Source: the human T2T-CHM13v2.0 reference genome, Homo sapiens
Direction: 5' to 3' (one strand)
NCBI RefSeq assembly: GCF_009914755.1
Contig: NC_060927.1
DNA: 64,000 bases
A program made the translations under genes and the position numbers. Positions within the stretch are counted from its first letter, which is position 1, and each line of letters opens with the position of its first letter. Below the pieces are notes generated by a model, which saw nothing but the letters and a program-made list of their open reading frames with translations, did no database searches and was not told the origin of the DNA. Positions 12,296 through 25,599 of the stretch are shown one piece after another.

Positions 12296-13830
12296 AAACT
12301 CTTTGGAAAGGAGCAGATCTGATTCATGATCACGCCTCTTTCCCTGAGGTCTTGCCGCTTGTCCCATCCTGGTGAACCCACTCTTCATCCTGGCTAGTTT
12401 CTCATTGTTTTTTGTTTTCTCCCCACTCCGATGCCTTTAAGTCCTCATCCTCAAATCCATCCTGGGATAACTGAAGTGTTCCACTTCAAATGAGGACCAA
12501 ACACGAATACACCAACAAAAACTGCCTTTTATTTTCTATCAGAGTTGGTGGGTCCAGAGAAGCTCTCCTCTTTGCAGCGGGGCCTCTGACCTGGGCTGTC
12601 TTGTGGGTGGCCTAGCTGAGTGGTAAGAAGTCGCTGTATATAGTCATAAGCTTTGCCTGTTTCTCCCTAAGTGGGGCTATCACCTTCCAAGCTAAGAATG
12701 CCTTTTGTAGCTTGCCTTGAAGTACCTCTCGGGAAGTTATCTGGTGCCACGATGCATACTTAAAATCCTCTTGTTTTCCTTCTCGCAAGATAAGAATTAA
12801 CTTCCTGATGAACTCTTCAGTGCTTTCTCTTTGAGTAAACTCTGACTACCCCTCCCACAAGGACAGTTTTCAATTCCAGACAGCTGATACTTTTTATTCT
12901 AGTCATGCCATTCTATTGAATTTAGATTTCCACTTATAATGATCCTTTTTTTATTTTTTATTTTTTATTCCTTACGATCTTAAGATGTCACTCTTTTTCC
13001 CCTAGAACTTTCTAGGATATTTATGTCTCACCAATAAGCATTAGCACTGAGAAGTACAGAAGGTTCATTTTAATGAGCTCTTCAGGATTTGTCTTGCATC
13101 TGCTGAAATAAATTAGATCAAAATAAGATTGAAGAGATCTTCAAGTGCTGCAACACCTAACAAACTGATTTTATTATTTAGATAACAGGAAAAAGTGAAA
13201 AGAACTGAAGTTTAAGAAAATTAAATTTGTGTACTTAGTGAAAGATCAGAAGTCTCAGTGGAGAAAAATTCTAATTTGTATTACCTACAAAAGAGGGAGA
13301 AGGTCACCTGAAAAATTATACAGACCCACAGAGCTCAAACCATATTGTAGACACATTGAATATTTAGCGAACTTTGGTCCAGGAAGGGAGAAGACCCTAC
13401 TGCTTTGTCTGAGCTCATGCCTTAGAAGTGTAAGACTACATGATTACCTTAATCTTGGGTGATGCTTTGGATATTACTGATAACTCAGACATGATAAATT
13501 TGATACTGATTTACTCTTTTTGCCTTTGTTTACTTGAAATGATAGAATTTTCTAACCCTCTTCTTTTGAATTAATCTCTTTCCCAGATTCTCATTTAATT
13601 TTATTCTTACCTTGTCTTCCTAATCCCAGTTATTCATTCAGCTATTATTAAAATCTGGGTATCTTGGGCACTAAACTTTGCTTTTGATATACGATAAGGT
13701 AATTAAATTGTTGCATTTAATAAAGTCTCAGAAATCTGCTAGCAAAATTAATTCCTCCTTGAATTTATGTAGTTTACTTTCATGGCACTCTTCTCTGCTT
13801 CACTATCTTGACACTCTCTCTTGGAGTGTA

Positions 13831-14317
13831 TGTATCAGTTAGCTTTTGCTGCATAACAACACAACCCAAAATTTAATGGCTTAAAACTACATTATTTATC
13901 TAACTCATGATTCTGTGGGTCAGCAATTTGGCCTGAGCTTAGCTGGGTAGCATGTCTGCTGATCTTGACTGGGCCCACTCATGTATCTATGGCGATTCTC
14001 TGATTAATAAAGTGGTTGTTCTTTCTAAGGATTAGCTATGTATTGATTAGAAAAATGAGGATAATTGGACCCCTTACCTGTCATCAAGTGAACTAGCCTG
14101 GGCTTGTTCTCATGGCAATCACCAGGTTCTAAGCAAGCAAGCAAACTGCAAGATCTCTTACAGCTTAGGCTTGGAACTCAGAGAATGCCACTTGCACATT
14201 CTGTTGGTCAAAGCAAGTCACAAGCCCATCCCAGATTCAAGAGTTGAGGAAATAGATTCCACTTCTTGGCAGGAGTTGCTCCAAAGTATTACAATTATTT
14301 TTACAATCTGTCTAGCA
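13831..14317 (-). mobile_element. MLT1 (H-like) solo LTR
   Basis: tgtatcagttagcttttgctgcataacaa...cattctgttggtcaaagcaagtcacaagcccatcccagattcaagag...aatagattccacttctt. Confidence 0.8.
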
Positions 14318-14319
14318 CT

Positions 14320-15230
14320 CAGTCATCATCTCTATGAGTCCAATCTTCTTACCTTACTGCCAGAGCACACTCACCTGGTTATCTCAATCTTACCTGAGTT
14401 TCAACCTCTTCAAAACAGGCCTAACTATTGTCTCTCTTTCCTTGTAACCTATTTCTGTCAGTAAAAAGTGTCATTTTCCCAGGCTCTTAACTGAAAGTCC
14501 TGTATTCATGTTACACTCTCCTCTCCCCACTTTCTTTATAGCCAAAACCACCAAATGCTATAAGAATCCTTCTGAAGTATCTCTCTATCTCTCCTCTCCC
14601 GTCACTTAAGTTTCTCCTTGATCTCTTTGTCTCCCATTGTTCTTTCATTCAAGACTTCCAGCACACCCCCTCCCAATTAATCTCACCTATCTCTTCTCTT
14701 TTCTGCTCCAAAACTTTCCACTAATTCACTATGACAAATTCAACCTTCTCTGCCAGATACACTACCTGATTTGGCCCAAATTACCTGTCCAGATTTACTC
14801 CCACTATTCACCAATTTGGATTTTCATACCTCAGTGAAATGAGACATTTCACTGGCCTCAATCACTCTATAATTGCTTCTATGCCTTTATTCACACTATG
14901 TTTTTCTCCATCCTTTTTGACTTTTAAACTCTGACCCACCTCCATAACTCAGACCACATTTCCTTCTGCACAGAGCCAAAGGCAATAGTCACAGAGATTT
15001 CTCTCCTTCCTGTTCTGTTAGGTAATTAAGCAGCACTACATATTTTGCCATGTGATTACGTTTCATCCTAAATTATCCCAATATTCATGGGCACTAGCAT
15101 TGGCTCCTGCAGCAAAGTTTGGCCTCCTTGAGAATAAACACATCACATCTTCATTTTAGATTATCCAGGACTCACTGGACAGGGTATGGGCAAAATAGAT
15201 ATTCAACAAAACTTATTTCATTGAATTAAA
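14320..15230 (+). mobile_element. Diverged L2 3' portion
   Basis: Pyrimidine-rich L2-like body ending ...gatattcaacaaaacttatttcattgaattaaa. Confidence 0.5.
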
Positions 15231-15467
15231 TCTCAAATTTCATTTAATCATCCCCTTTGTGAAGATGATTTTTCCTATCATTTTAAGAAGCAGAAAAGCT
15301 ATGTGATTCATCAAGTTCAATATTTAGGGGCCCCGGAAAGGAATATGGGTCCCTAAACTCTGAACTGATTCACATTCTTTACACAGACTCTGTAGTCTCT
15401 TAATACTGACAAAACGATTTCTATTACACCAAGACAGAGGAAAATGCTGCCATCCGTCATTCAGCAA

Positions 15468-16090
15468 AGTCATCTTTGACACCTCCCTCATCCACTGTCA
15501 TCCAGTTCAGCACTAAATCCTGTCCATTTTCCCTCCACAATTTCCGTCAATCTGTCTACTTCTCTTCATCTCCACTCTCACTTCGCTGTCTGTCTCAGAT
15601 GACTGCAACATCCCATAAAAGTTCTCACTGTTTTCTACTCTTCTGCCCACTCACACCTTCCTCCAAGCTATTCTCCACATAGCAACCAGAGAGGTCATTT
15701 CTGAATTCAAGTCTGCTCATCCTGCTTAACACATTTGAGTAAATTTGCATTGCTGTTAGATTAAAGGTCATATCCTTAGCAGATCCATAAAACCCTGCAG
15801 CATCTAGCCATTGACTGTCTCTCCAGATTATATCTTCCTGTAATGCCCCTTACATCACTGCTTTATGCAGCCCAGTTCCTCAAATACACCAGGATCCATC
15901 CTCCCACAGAGTCTTTACATGTACCGTAATTTCCACCAGAACACTCTTCTCACCCTGACTGCCCTTCATTCATTTCTATGCATCCTTTGGGCAACTCAAA
16001 TTATTTTGCTGATTACTTAATCAATGTCTCTCCTCCATCAAACTATAACCTCCTTGAAGCCAGAAAGCCTCTTTGGTTTTTAGCACTTGA
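15468..16090 (+). mobile_element. L2 fragment
   Basis: gtcatctttgacacctccctc...cactaaatcctgtccattttccctccac...ctccacatagcaaccagagaggtcatttct. Confidence 0.75.
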
Positions 16091-16164
16091 ACTGAGTCTT
16101 AAAACCCAAAGATGAAGAACATAATCCAGGCAAAGACAACAGCATAGGTGAGGATTGGTAGACC

Positions 16165-16187
16165 AAAAAAAAAAAAAAAAAAAAAAA
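16165..16187 (+). repeat. Poly(A)23
   Basis: Read directly. Confidence 0.9.
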
Positions 16188-16239
16188 GCCAAGATTGGTT
16201 TGTAAGGCAATATTGCAAGTAATTTGCTATTTGCAAAGA

Positions 16240-16660
16240 CAATGAGAGAGGAGGCTAGAGGGGAAAGCAAGGACTTGAAGACCGAAAGCCTTGAATGCCA
16301 TGCTAAGGAACTTAGAATCTATCTGGCAGGCAATGGAGGACAACTGAATGGTGAAAAGTGGGGAAAAGGAGGCGACACAGTCAGACTTGTATTCTGGAAA
16401 GACAGCCCTTGTGGCAGCATGGATATAGATGTTTGGGGGCAAGGCTGGAGGCAGGTACAGCTGACAAGACCACCACTCTGGGCAAATGATGATAGTGGCC
16501 TGAACTAAGGCACTAGCAGGCAAATACAGAGATGTACACAGATATAATCAATATTATGAATGTGGAACTAACAAAGCTAGGTAACTTACTGAATGAGATG
16601 ATGGAAAGAGACATGCAGGATGACTCTCAGGTTTGTTTTTTTTTTACTTTGGGAGGTACC
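16240..16660 (-). mobile_element. L2 fragment
   Basis: gccttgaatgccatgctaaggaactt...ggcaaggctggaggcagg...gatgatagtggcctgaactaagg...ggatgactctcaggttt. Confidence 0.8.
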
Positions 16661-17289
16661 ATGGGCTGCGCTTGGGCACATCTCAAATAAGACTATTCCC
16701 ATGATTTCTAGGAAATATCCTAAAAGGAGCATAGCCTTTAGATGCTTTTTAAACCTTACATCCTAATGCCATACCCAGGCAGAAATTCTCATAGTACATG
16801 ATAAATGGGTTTGTTGATTCATTTCTAATGTTTCATTGGACTTGTAGCATTAAGAAATGAGAACATTATAATAATCATTATCATTAAAGAGATCCACTTC
16901 CTATGAAGCACATTCTACATTACCCAGCTCCTCCTACTCCCTCTGGCATTTGTCTACCAGTTCTTTCCAGGAAACGTAAACACATAAATGAATCAAAGTC
17001 AAGCAGCAGCTGCCTCCTTTTACTCGAGCAAGTCTGACATCTTCTTACATCTTTGTCCTGGGCTTTTTCTGAATTTGTGTCAAAACATTTCTTCTAATTC
17101 TATCCCCACAAACCACTGGTTCTGTTAGGGATTTGTATCCCATCCCAGCATCTGTGAAATACAGTGGTGAGGCTGAGTGGCATCCAAAGAAATCTAGGTC
17201 CCTCCAAGTTCTCACCCTATGCCAGGCTCTGCTTGTCTTTACTTCAATGTATGGATGCAGTTCAAGATAAGAAGGGTGTCTCTGGATTT

Positions 17290-17530
17290 GGCTAAGAACT
17301 CAAGAGAGGTGGTCCTGGGCTCAACTCCTTGCTTTACCACTTATTCTGCATGTGATGTTACAGAAGTTACCATGCTATGAACCTCAGTTTCCCCAGCCGT
17401 AGAACAGAGATAATACCCATCTTGCAGGTATGTTGGGAAGATCGTTTGAGATTATGGATGTAAAGCAGTTTCTTCAGGACCTGGAACATAGTAAATGCTC
17501 CCCAAACATTAGTTGTTCTTTTGATTATAA
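17290..17530 (+). mobile_element. MIR SINE
   Basis: aacctcagtttcccc...gataatacccatcttgcagg...cctggaacatagtaaatgctc. Confidence 0.75.
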
Positions 17531-17569
17531 GTATTTTATTATTAATAATTACCAAAGAGTGACTTATAA

Positions 17570-18010
17570 AGAAATAACAAATATCCAGAATCCTTAGGAA
17601 GACCCATCCCGTCTTGCCTCAAGCCTCCTCTCATGCTATGCTTCCTCTTGGCCACTGCAGCCACAGTAGCTTCCTTTCCTTTCCCCAAGCCTGTCAAGTT
17701 CTTGCCCTTCACAGAATTTTCTGTCTGAGTCTGCATTCATCTATGTCTAACTCTTTTCAAGACTAGCTCCTTTTCTGTCTTTTGGGCCAGACAGACCCTT
17801 CCTCAAAGAAGCCTTCCTTGTTCACCTTATCTGAGAAGACCCCACTGTTGTTCTCTACCATTGTACCTCCTTGTACCTTAATTTCCTTTATCACAATTTT
17901 ATTTTTATTTGCCTATTCATTTCTTGCTATATACATAAATAAATACGCATACACCCAGTACCTACACAATGCCTCCTACTTTGTGTGCAGTCAATAAATA
18001 TTTACACTGA
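17570..18010 (+). mobile_element. L2 3' portion
   Basis: cagccacagtagcttcctttc...ttcctcaaagaagccttccttg...cccagtacctacacaatgcct...caataaatattt. Confidence 0.65.
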
Positions 18011-19153
18011 AAAGATGTTCATTTTTTATTTTAAGAAAAATGTCTGCATACCTCTGATAAAACAAATTGGATACAGACTGTCCCCAAAAGAGCCATAGAT
18101 CAAATAAAACCTTGAAGTCAGTGGTGTGAATTTACATTCATTAACCTCCAATTTAGGTCGCTGAGTTATACTTTATTCCCAGGACATGAGTACTAGCTTC
18201 CTAAAGTCATTGATAACAGAGGTCATGGGAAGATGCCCCTCCTAAATTGTACACTGATATAAAATGGGCTGAGATTTATCTCTTTGGAATGATGATATCC
18301 TCTTCATCTATTATGACTGGGAAGAGATGAAAACATTAGACTGGAAAATTGTTATTTGCATACTTCAGTGTGCATCCATTATAATATGCAGTTACAACCA
18401 ATCTCTGCTAAGGAAGTCAAAACACCATAAAATTTTGATGCCCTCAACCAGCCTGTTGAGCATTGTTTTCAGTTTCCTGTAAGGGGAAGGTGCTTGTGTG
18501 AACATACAGGCCCTGGCCACCAGGGAAATGAGTGGTGAATGGATGTTGGGTTCCACTGTTCCTGTCAGGCTCCTTTGCTCTGCAGATGCACAATTCAGCT
18601 GCCACTGATATGATGTTTTGGCCACTACAAATCACAGTCCTCAGAGACTAGGCTATTCCATTAGAAATAAATTCTATGCCACCCATAGTTACTGAGGTCT
18701 CATGTGTGCCAGTGGGTTTCTCAGAAGGATTCTGTCACTTTCTTTTACAGTCGAGGGAAAAAGGTACAGCTATGTCACTTTACTGTGGAACATTTTATTT
18801 TACCGTTGCAATGAAGTGATTTTCATTCAGGACAGCTCCCTTCTAAGAAGCAGACTGGCTCAAAAAATCCAGATCCTGGATTTTCTTAATAGATACAGTT
18901 TTGGTGCACATGGAAATAACAAAAATGGAACTGGTGACATGATTCTAAAGGACCTGATTTATGGTAAATATCCAAGAAAAGTGGAAGGTGTGAAATCAGA
19001 AACCTAAGTGGACAGTAGATCTGGAAAGTTCCTTGGAAATAGTAGCTGCCCCAAAAGTAGCTGTGAATGAATGTGAGGGATAGGTTTTCAAAGGAGGCAT
19101 CCATAGTCCATCACCAGTTGTGTCACCTTATAAGTTGTGCTTCTCTGTCAGAG

Positions 19154-19320
19154 CAGAAGTTCTTAGGCTGAGGTCCTTGAATCTCTGGGTTGGTCTGTTA
19201 GAGAATCCTGAGAAGTATCTGAATCCACCATGTCCGCATGACAATTTTTTAATATATGCACACATGAAAAATTTTCTATGGAGTAAGTCCATAGCTTTCA
19301 GGAGGTTTCCAAAGGGGAAA
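19154..19320. mobile_element. hAT-Charlie MITE (Charlie4z-like)
   Basis: cagaagttcttaggctgaggtcc...gtccatagctttcaggaggtttccaaagggg. Confidence 0.5.
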
Positions 19321-21491
19321 CTAAGCTTAAACACCAGCCCACAGATACTCCTCATCTCCTCTCATCAGGACTTTCCTAGATGACCACCATCAAATTTTCT
19401 CCCAAACAAGTTCATCTTATTCCAACTTCCAAGATAATCTCACACCTTGGAATCTTGTCATTCAATTTTTGTAAATTTTATTTATCTATTTTTTTGTAAT
19501 GTTGATTCTGCTTCCTTTCACTTATATGTCTTCACATTTTATGTAGATGCCTTTTTTCGTAACATTTAGTTCTACTTTTGTCTCTTACGTAACCACTTCT
19601 AGTAGACCAAAGTACCACTAAGGCACTTTCATATACACTTGTGAGTTTCACCCTGTTTAGAGTAAAGAAGGGATGCATTTCCAATTCAACAAATTAATAT
19701 TAAATGCTTGCTATGAGTTGTGCATTGTGTTTGCTCTGATGCTAGTTCTGTCATGTTGATTTTTATTTACTTTCTGCAAAGAACTTTTTCTCTAATTTTT
19801 TTTCCTACTTTTTAACTTACCTCTACTGCCTATTTGACTGGAGTTTTGCTCTGGGCTTACTGGCCCTCATTGAAGAATTTAATTTACAAACACTCCCACT
19901 GTATGGGGGTTGCAGAGATGAACAAAGGATGGTCCCTGCCTCAAAGGGCTTTCAACCAGGCAAGGAAAATTATGTAATTGCATCCTGCATTCTTTGTAAT
20001 TCTTAATTGTTTCATTTTTACTTAATTTATTTTCACCTCTTCCGAAGGTATTCCACTTTTTTTCTACTTCCTCAAATACCTAATCTTCACATCTTCCTTT
20101 ACTAAGAATAAGATCCTTTTGCATAAGACCCTCAATTTCCCTTTTTTCCAACTCAGCGTAACTTCTCGGAGCCCCATCCAATGCCTCCTTCTTATCTCTT
20201 AGAGAAAGAATTATCTCTCATGTTTTCATCAGACACATACTTTCTGGGCAACTACTACTTGCAAGGCACTTCCCACTTACATTTCTTTTCCCACATCTTC
20301 CAGTTTTCTCCAGCTCATGCAAATCATTTCTTTTAGAATTGTGTCACTAATTTTTGCATCATTGTCTTTGGTTCCCATCAACAAATAGGATGTCTCTGAC
20401 AGTATTTTAACCTTGCTAGATGTGTTAAAAAGCAGTATACATTTAATTTGGGAGCCCAAAGCTAAATTATTTTAAAAAGGTGACTCTGTCTTTTAGTTAC
20501 AGAATCACTAGATGGCTCCATCCCTGCAGTCTCTTCTGCAGTGCTGGAGTTGATGGGATACTTATGTCTATGCTCATTAGTGTGTTCCATGTGAACTCCA
20601 CTTATCACTGGTACTCAGAAACTAAAACCAATATATTAAACATTAAGTAATTTGATACATTTTATTGCCTCTTAGATTTAATCAATAGAAAGACATTATT
20701 GAAAGATGGCGAGGATCTTCATCTTATTGCCTAAAAAATAATGTCTTTTACATGGAATATAAAGCCCTTTAGGCTATGGTGATCCTTCATTTCATTAAAA
20801 TATAATGAGAAAAAGCTACTCTCCCATAATGAGGCAGAACTAAATGGGTCCTTAGCACAATCAATAAAAGATTATTAACAAAGAAAATTTTGTTAAAGAA
20901 AAGAGAATAAATTTTCTTCTACATCCTACAATAGTATAATAATAGAAGAGAGTGAAATTTCCTTACTTTAAGGAATGTTCCTCTAGGGAATCTAGATTAA
21001 TACTATTTTTGAATATTCTTTAAAAAGCATGAAAACTATATATATTGAACAAAAAACTATTGGATTTTGTCTATACATATATATTCACTTATAGATTGCT
21101 TAATAATCTGATCTTAATTTTAAAAAATTTTAATGAAAAATTTCAAACATATATAAAGAAACACAAAATAATATTATGAGCCTCTGCTTCTTTGTTGTCT
21201 AGCCAAAAATAATTACCTCACAGGCAATGTTGTTCCTTTTATACTGTCATCCTTACATTCTCCCCAGGCATATATCTTTCCTCCCATAAACAAATTGCTA
21301 TGTATCTCTCAAAGGTATTTAAAACAAAAATACCACAATATATCACGTACAAAAATTGGCAATAATTCAATGTCATCAAATATCTACACATTTCCAAATG
21401 TTTCACTTAATCTCATATTTTTATAGTTTATTGAATCTAAATTTTTTTTTTAATTCACACATTGTAATTGGTTGATACGTCCCTTAAGACC

Positions 21492-21797
21492 TTTTTGGTT
21501 TTTTAACTTTATTTTAAGCTCGGGGGTATGTGTGCAAGTTTGTGACATAGGTAAATTTGTGTCACAGGGATTTGTTGTACAGATTATTTCATCACCCAGG
21601 TGTTAACCCTAGTACCCATTAGTTACTTTTCCTGATCCTCTCTCTCCTCCTACTCTCTACTCTCTGAAAGGACCCAGTGTGTGTTGTTCTCCTCTATGTG
21701 TCCATGTGTTCTCATCATTTAGCTCCTACTTATAAGTAAGAACATGCAGTATTTGGTTTTCTGTTCCTGTGTTAGTTTGCTAAGGACGATAGCCTCC
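21492..21797 (-). mobile_element. Older L1PA (PA13-16-like) 3' end
   Basis: tgtgcaagtttgtgacataggtaaa...cagattatttcatcacccagg...gtgtccatgtgttctcatcatttagctcctacttataagtaagaacatgcagtatttggttttctgttcc. Confidence 0.9.
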
Positions 21798-22182
21798 TAC
21801 TCCTTTTAATCTAGACGTTCCTCTCTCTCTCTCTCTCTCACCTCCTTTCTCTTTTTCTTTTCTCTTTTGGACTTTCTGTAGTTTGCTGTTGTACTTAAAT
21901 AAACAAGGTGCTTCCCCTAGAGAACTTCTCAGGGCCTGGGTTTTGCTGATTTCATTCTTGCGGTGTCATTTCACATCTTCTTCTCTCTCCTATATTCCCT
22001 ATAAATTTACTGTTGGACATAGAGGCTTGCACAAATTCAGGATTTGTTTTTTTTTTTCTTTTTGCTAAGAATACTTCATTATTGGTGTGGTCATCTTCCT
22101 TTAGTGGTATGTAACATCTGGTTGCCTCTCTTTTTGTGATATTAGACATCAGTGCTTAGACTTATTAATTCATGAAAGGTTG

Positions 22183-22529
22183 TGTGTTAGCCAGCTCAGG
22201 CTGCTATAACAAAATACTAGACTGGGTGGTTTAAAGAACAGAAATTTATTTCTTGCAGTTCTGAACACTGGGAATCCAAGCTGAAGGTGCTGGCAAGCTG
22301 AAGGTGCTAAGGCCTCTTCTCTCAGCCTGTGGAGAGGGACAGAGAAAGTGTCAGCTCTCTGGTGTCTCTTCTTATAAGGGCACTAATCCTATCAAATCGG
22401 GCCTCATCCTTATGACTTCATTTAACTTTAATTACTACCTTAGTGGCCCCATCTCAAAATACAGACACACTGGGGGTTGGGACTTTGACATGCAAATTTG
22501 GGAGGGATACAAACACTCAGTCCAAAACA
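22183..22529 (-). mobile_element. MLT1A0 solo LTR
   Basis: tgtgttag...caggctgctataacaaaatactagactgggtgg...cttataagggcactaatcc...cagtccaaaaca; TSD ggttg/agttg. Confidence 0.85.
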
Positions 22530-22585
22530 AGTTGCAAAACCTTGATATTCTATTATTTCTTCTTCATTATTAGCTGAATACTTTT

Positions 22586-22835
22586 ATTTATTTATTTATT
22601 CATTTGTTTATTTTTGTTTTGAGATGGGGACTCACTCTGCTGCCTAGGCCAGAGTGTGGTGGTGCAATCACAGCTCACTGCAGCCTTAACCCCTCAGGCT
22701 CACGTCATCCTCCCACCTGAGCCTCCCAAGTAGTTGGGACTACAGGCGCATGCCACCCAGCTGAGCTAACTTACTTTATTTTATTTAATTTATTTATTTT
22801 GTAGAGATGGGGGTCTCACTATGTTGCTCAGGCTG
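22586..22835 (-). mobile_element. 5'-truncated AluJ
   Basis: AluJ-type cacagctcactgcagcctt, gggtctcactatgttgctcaggctg; 14-bp TSD agctgaatactttt/agctgaagactttt. Confidence 0.9.
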
Positions 22836-23057
22836 AGCTGAAGACTTTTATGTAGAGAATGTCTTCTCTTCTACACTTTGGTCACCTGCCAGTAGTGTTC
22901 TTAAAGAATGAGCAAGATACAGGATTAATTCCTTAATTTACCAGTTTTTAAACTAATGAATTTGTTCCCTAGTATTTTCTAACAGCGACCAATTCAATTT
23001 TTTGGGTTACTTGCTCCTTTTGGTATAGTTATAAACTCATGAATTTAAACTATCTTT

Positions 23058-23250
23058 ATCTGTGTGGCCTTGGATAAATCACTTAATCCCTCTAAGCCAT
23101 GGTTTACATAGCTCTAAAATGGTGATAATGATGGTACTCACCTCACAGAGTTATGAGATTTCAATGATATGATGTCTGTAAAGCACTTGGCACATTGCCA
23201 GATACAAACAGAAGCTCACTAAGTAGCAGCAGCAGTTGTTGTGGTTATTG
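23058..23250 (+). mobile_element. MIR SINE
   Basis: ctgtgtggccttggataaatcacttaatccctctaagcc...ctaaaatggtgataatgatggtactcacctcacagag. Confidence 0.85.
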
Positions 23251-23493
23251 TGATAAGAATTATAAGCAGAAAATACCACATAACAATATGCTTAAACCTG
23301 CTCATCTGGAATGTCTGCTCTTGTATTTTGAAAATTTTTCAATATCAACGCTGCCTTTTAACTGTCTATTTTAGTTTCGTTTCTTCTCCTTTACACAATC
23401 CAAATGCATTGTAACAAGTTCCTGTTATTGGAGAGAGATGATTTGATGACCACGCATCATGTCTGAGAGGTTCAAACATCAATTTTCAGGTTA

Positions 23494-23809
<316 letters not shown>

Positions 23810-24083
23810 TCAGAATAATCAAAACGAGTCCATGAATGTCTCGAAGTAGAAGCAGTGTAGAGATGCAACTTGCCAGTATGGTGTTCAAAGGAGGTAGAAT
23901 GTAGAAAGGTTTTTAAATCTTTAGACACATTTATTTGCATGTTTCAAAATTCTTCTGATAATAAATGGTCCTATGAATGATTCTGGGTTGCTACCTCTTA
24001 GCTTATGAGCTTAAGTGTGATGTTATTTATACTTGTGGCCTGTAGCTGGTAAGCTCTGGATTCTATTTAATATACCTGCAAAG

Positions 24084-24107
24084 CACACACACACACACAC
24101 ACACACA
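24084..24107 (+). repeat. (CA)12 microsatellite
   Basis: Read directly. Confidence 0.9.
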
Positions 24108-24117
24108 AATGCTTAAG

Positions 24118-24421
24118 GGCCACGTGGTGGCTCACGCCTGTAATCTCAACACTATGGGAGGCCGAGGCAGGCGTTTGAGATCAGGAGTTTGAGATCAGCC
24201 TGGCTAACATGTTGAAACCCCATGTCTACTAAAAATACAAAGATTAACCGGGTGTGGTGGTGCATGTTTGTAATCCCAGCTACTTGGGAGGCTGAGGCGT
24301 GAGGATGGCTTGAACCCAGCAGGCAGAATTTACAGTGAGCCAAGAACATGCTGCTGCACTCCAGGCTGAGTGACAGAGGGAGATTCTGTCTCAAAAACAT
24401 ACAAACAAACAAACAAACAAA
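24118..24421 (+). mobile_element. Alu (AluS-like), (CAAA)n tail
   Basis: ggtggctcacgcctgtaatc...tactaaaaatacaaa...gcactccaggctgagtgacagag. Confidence 0.92.
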
Positions 24422-25599
24422 CCTCCTACTATTCTGATAATGGATGCTGTGCTTATCTTTCACTAAGGTAAAGCTGAATAAACATTTTTTTTTAAAAAAA
24501 GGAGGAAGGATAAGTGACATTTCTTTGCTTAATGACTCTTATTGTCTAGTGAAAAGGCATTAATTGAATACAGCCAATTGATTATAGATCAATTTTTTTT
24601 CCAGAATAACCCTATGGTATTCTAAATTGCTCTATGGATACAAATACAACTGTGATTGATAAAATATTTAAATTTTAAAAAAGACATGCCAAATGTATTG
24701 AATTCAGCCAGAACTGAATCCCGATGGGAATTTATTTCCTATTCAGAGAACGCTGCACATGGCAATCTGAGGCCTATTCTAAAGTATAAGGGGAGGAGGA
24801 AGTTGAGGGTTGTGACTTATCTTCAGTTTTTAAAAAATTCAGTCATTCTGTATTATCATGAAAGCACAGCTTCTGGCAAGGGGTAGTTCATTCCAGCATA
24901 TCCGATGCATGCTATTTAACTACAGAACAGTAGCTGTGTGCATGAGCTCATCATGCTCTAATTTTTCTATCAAGCAGAAGTATACAGTTAAGGTATCTAT
25001 CATCACTGATTTTCTTCAATGCACTAAGATATGGTTATGGTAGGTTAGAAACTTCAGGAAGTCCATATCACAAATTTACCCAAGAAAAATACCAAGTTCA
25101 AAAACACTACCATAGGCAAGAAATTAATTCAGAAGACTCTCTCTAATCAGGTGTCAGAGAAATGGTGTCAGCTCTGCTGAATTTTTATTTTATCTTATTA
25201 TTCCATTTTGACAAATATGAGAGAATTGGAGTTGATTCCTTTAAAGGTAATTATTCCTATTCAACCCGATGGAAGTTGCCCTTTTTAATCAACGAATGAT
25301 TGATGCTATACTTTAGCCATATGTTCTGATGGTGTATTTTGAAATATTTTTACCCTGATTCTAAAGAGAGATGTTGCCAAAATATTTTATTAAATAAGCA
25401 GGTCAAAAATGTTCTTCCACTTTATAGTCTCTGTAAATATAATAAATTTGAAAGTACTATTGAAGATAATTCCAAAGGGAGTGGATTTCTTTAACTTTAC
25501 ATTTTTCATCCAAACGAAAGTGAAAACAGCACATCCATCTAATGACAGTTCTGAATTTACTTTTCTCAAGTTACCCAGATGTTGTCTACATTTATGATT

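Larger units (their letters stand above)
21115..23050 (-). mobile_element. L1MC5-like 3' region, interrupted by L1PA, MLT1A0 and AluJ
   Basis: aaaatttcaaacatata..., ctgggttttgctgatttcatt..., agaggcttgcacaaattcagg..., tttaccagtttttaaactaatga. Confidence 0.7.
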
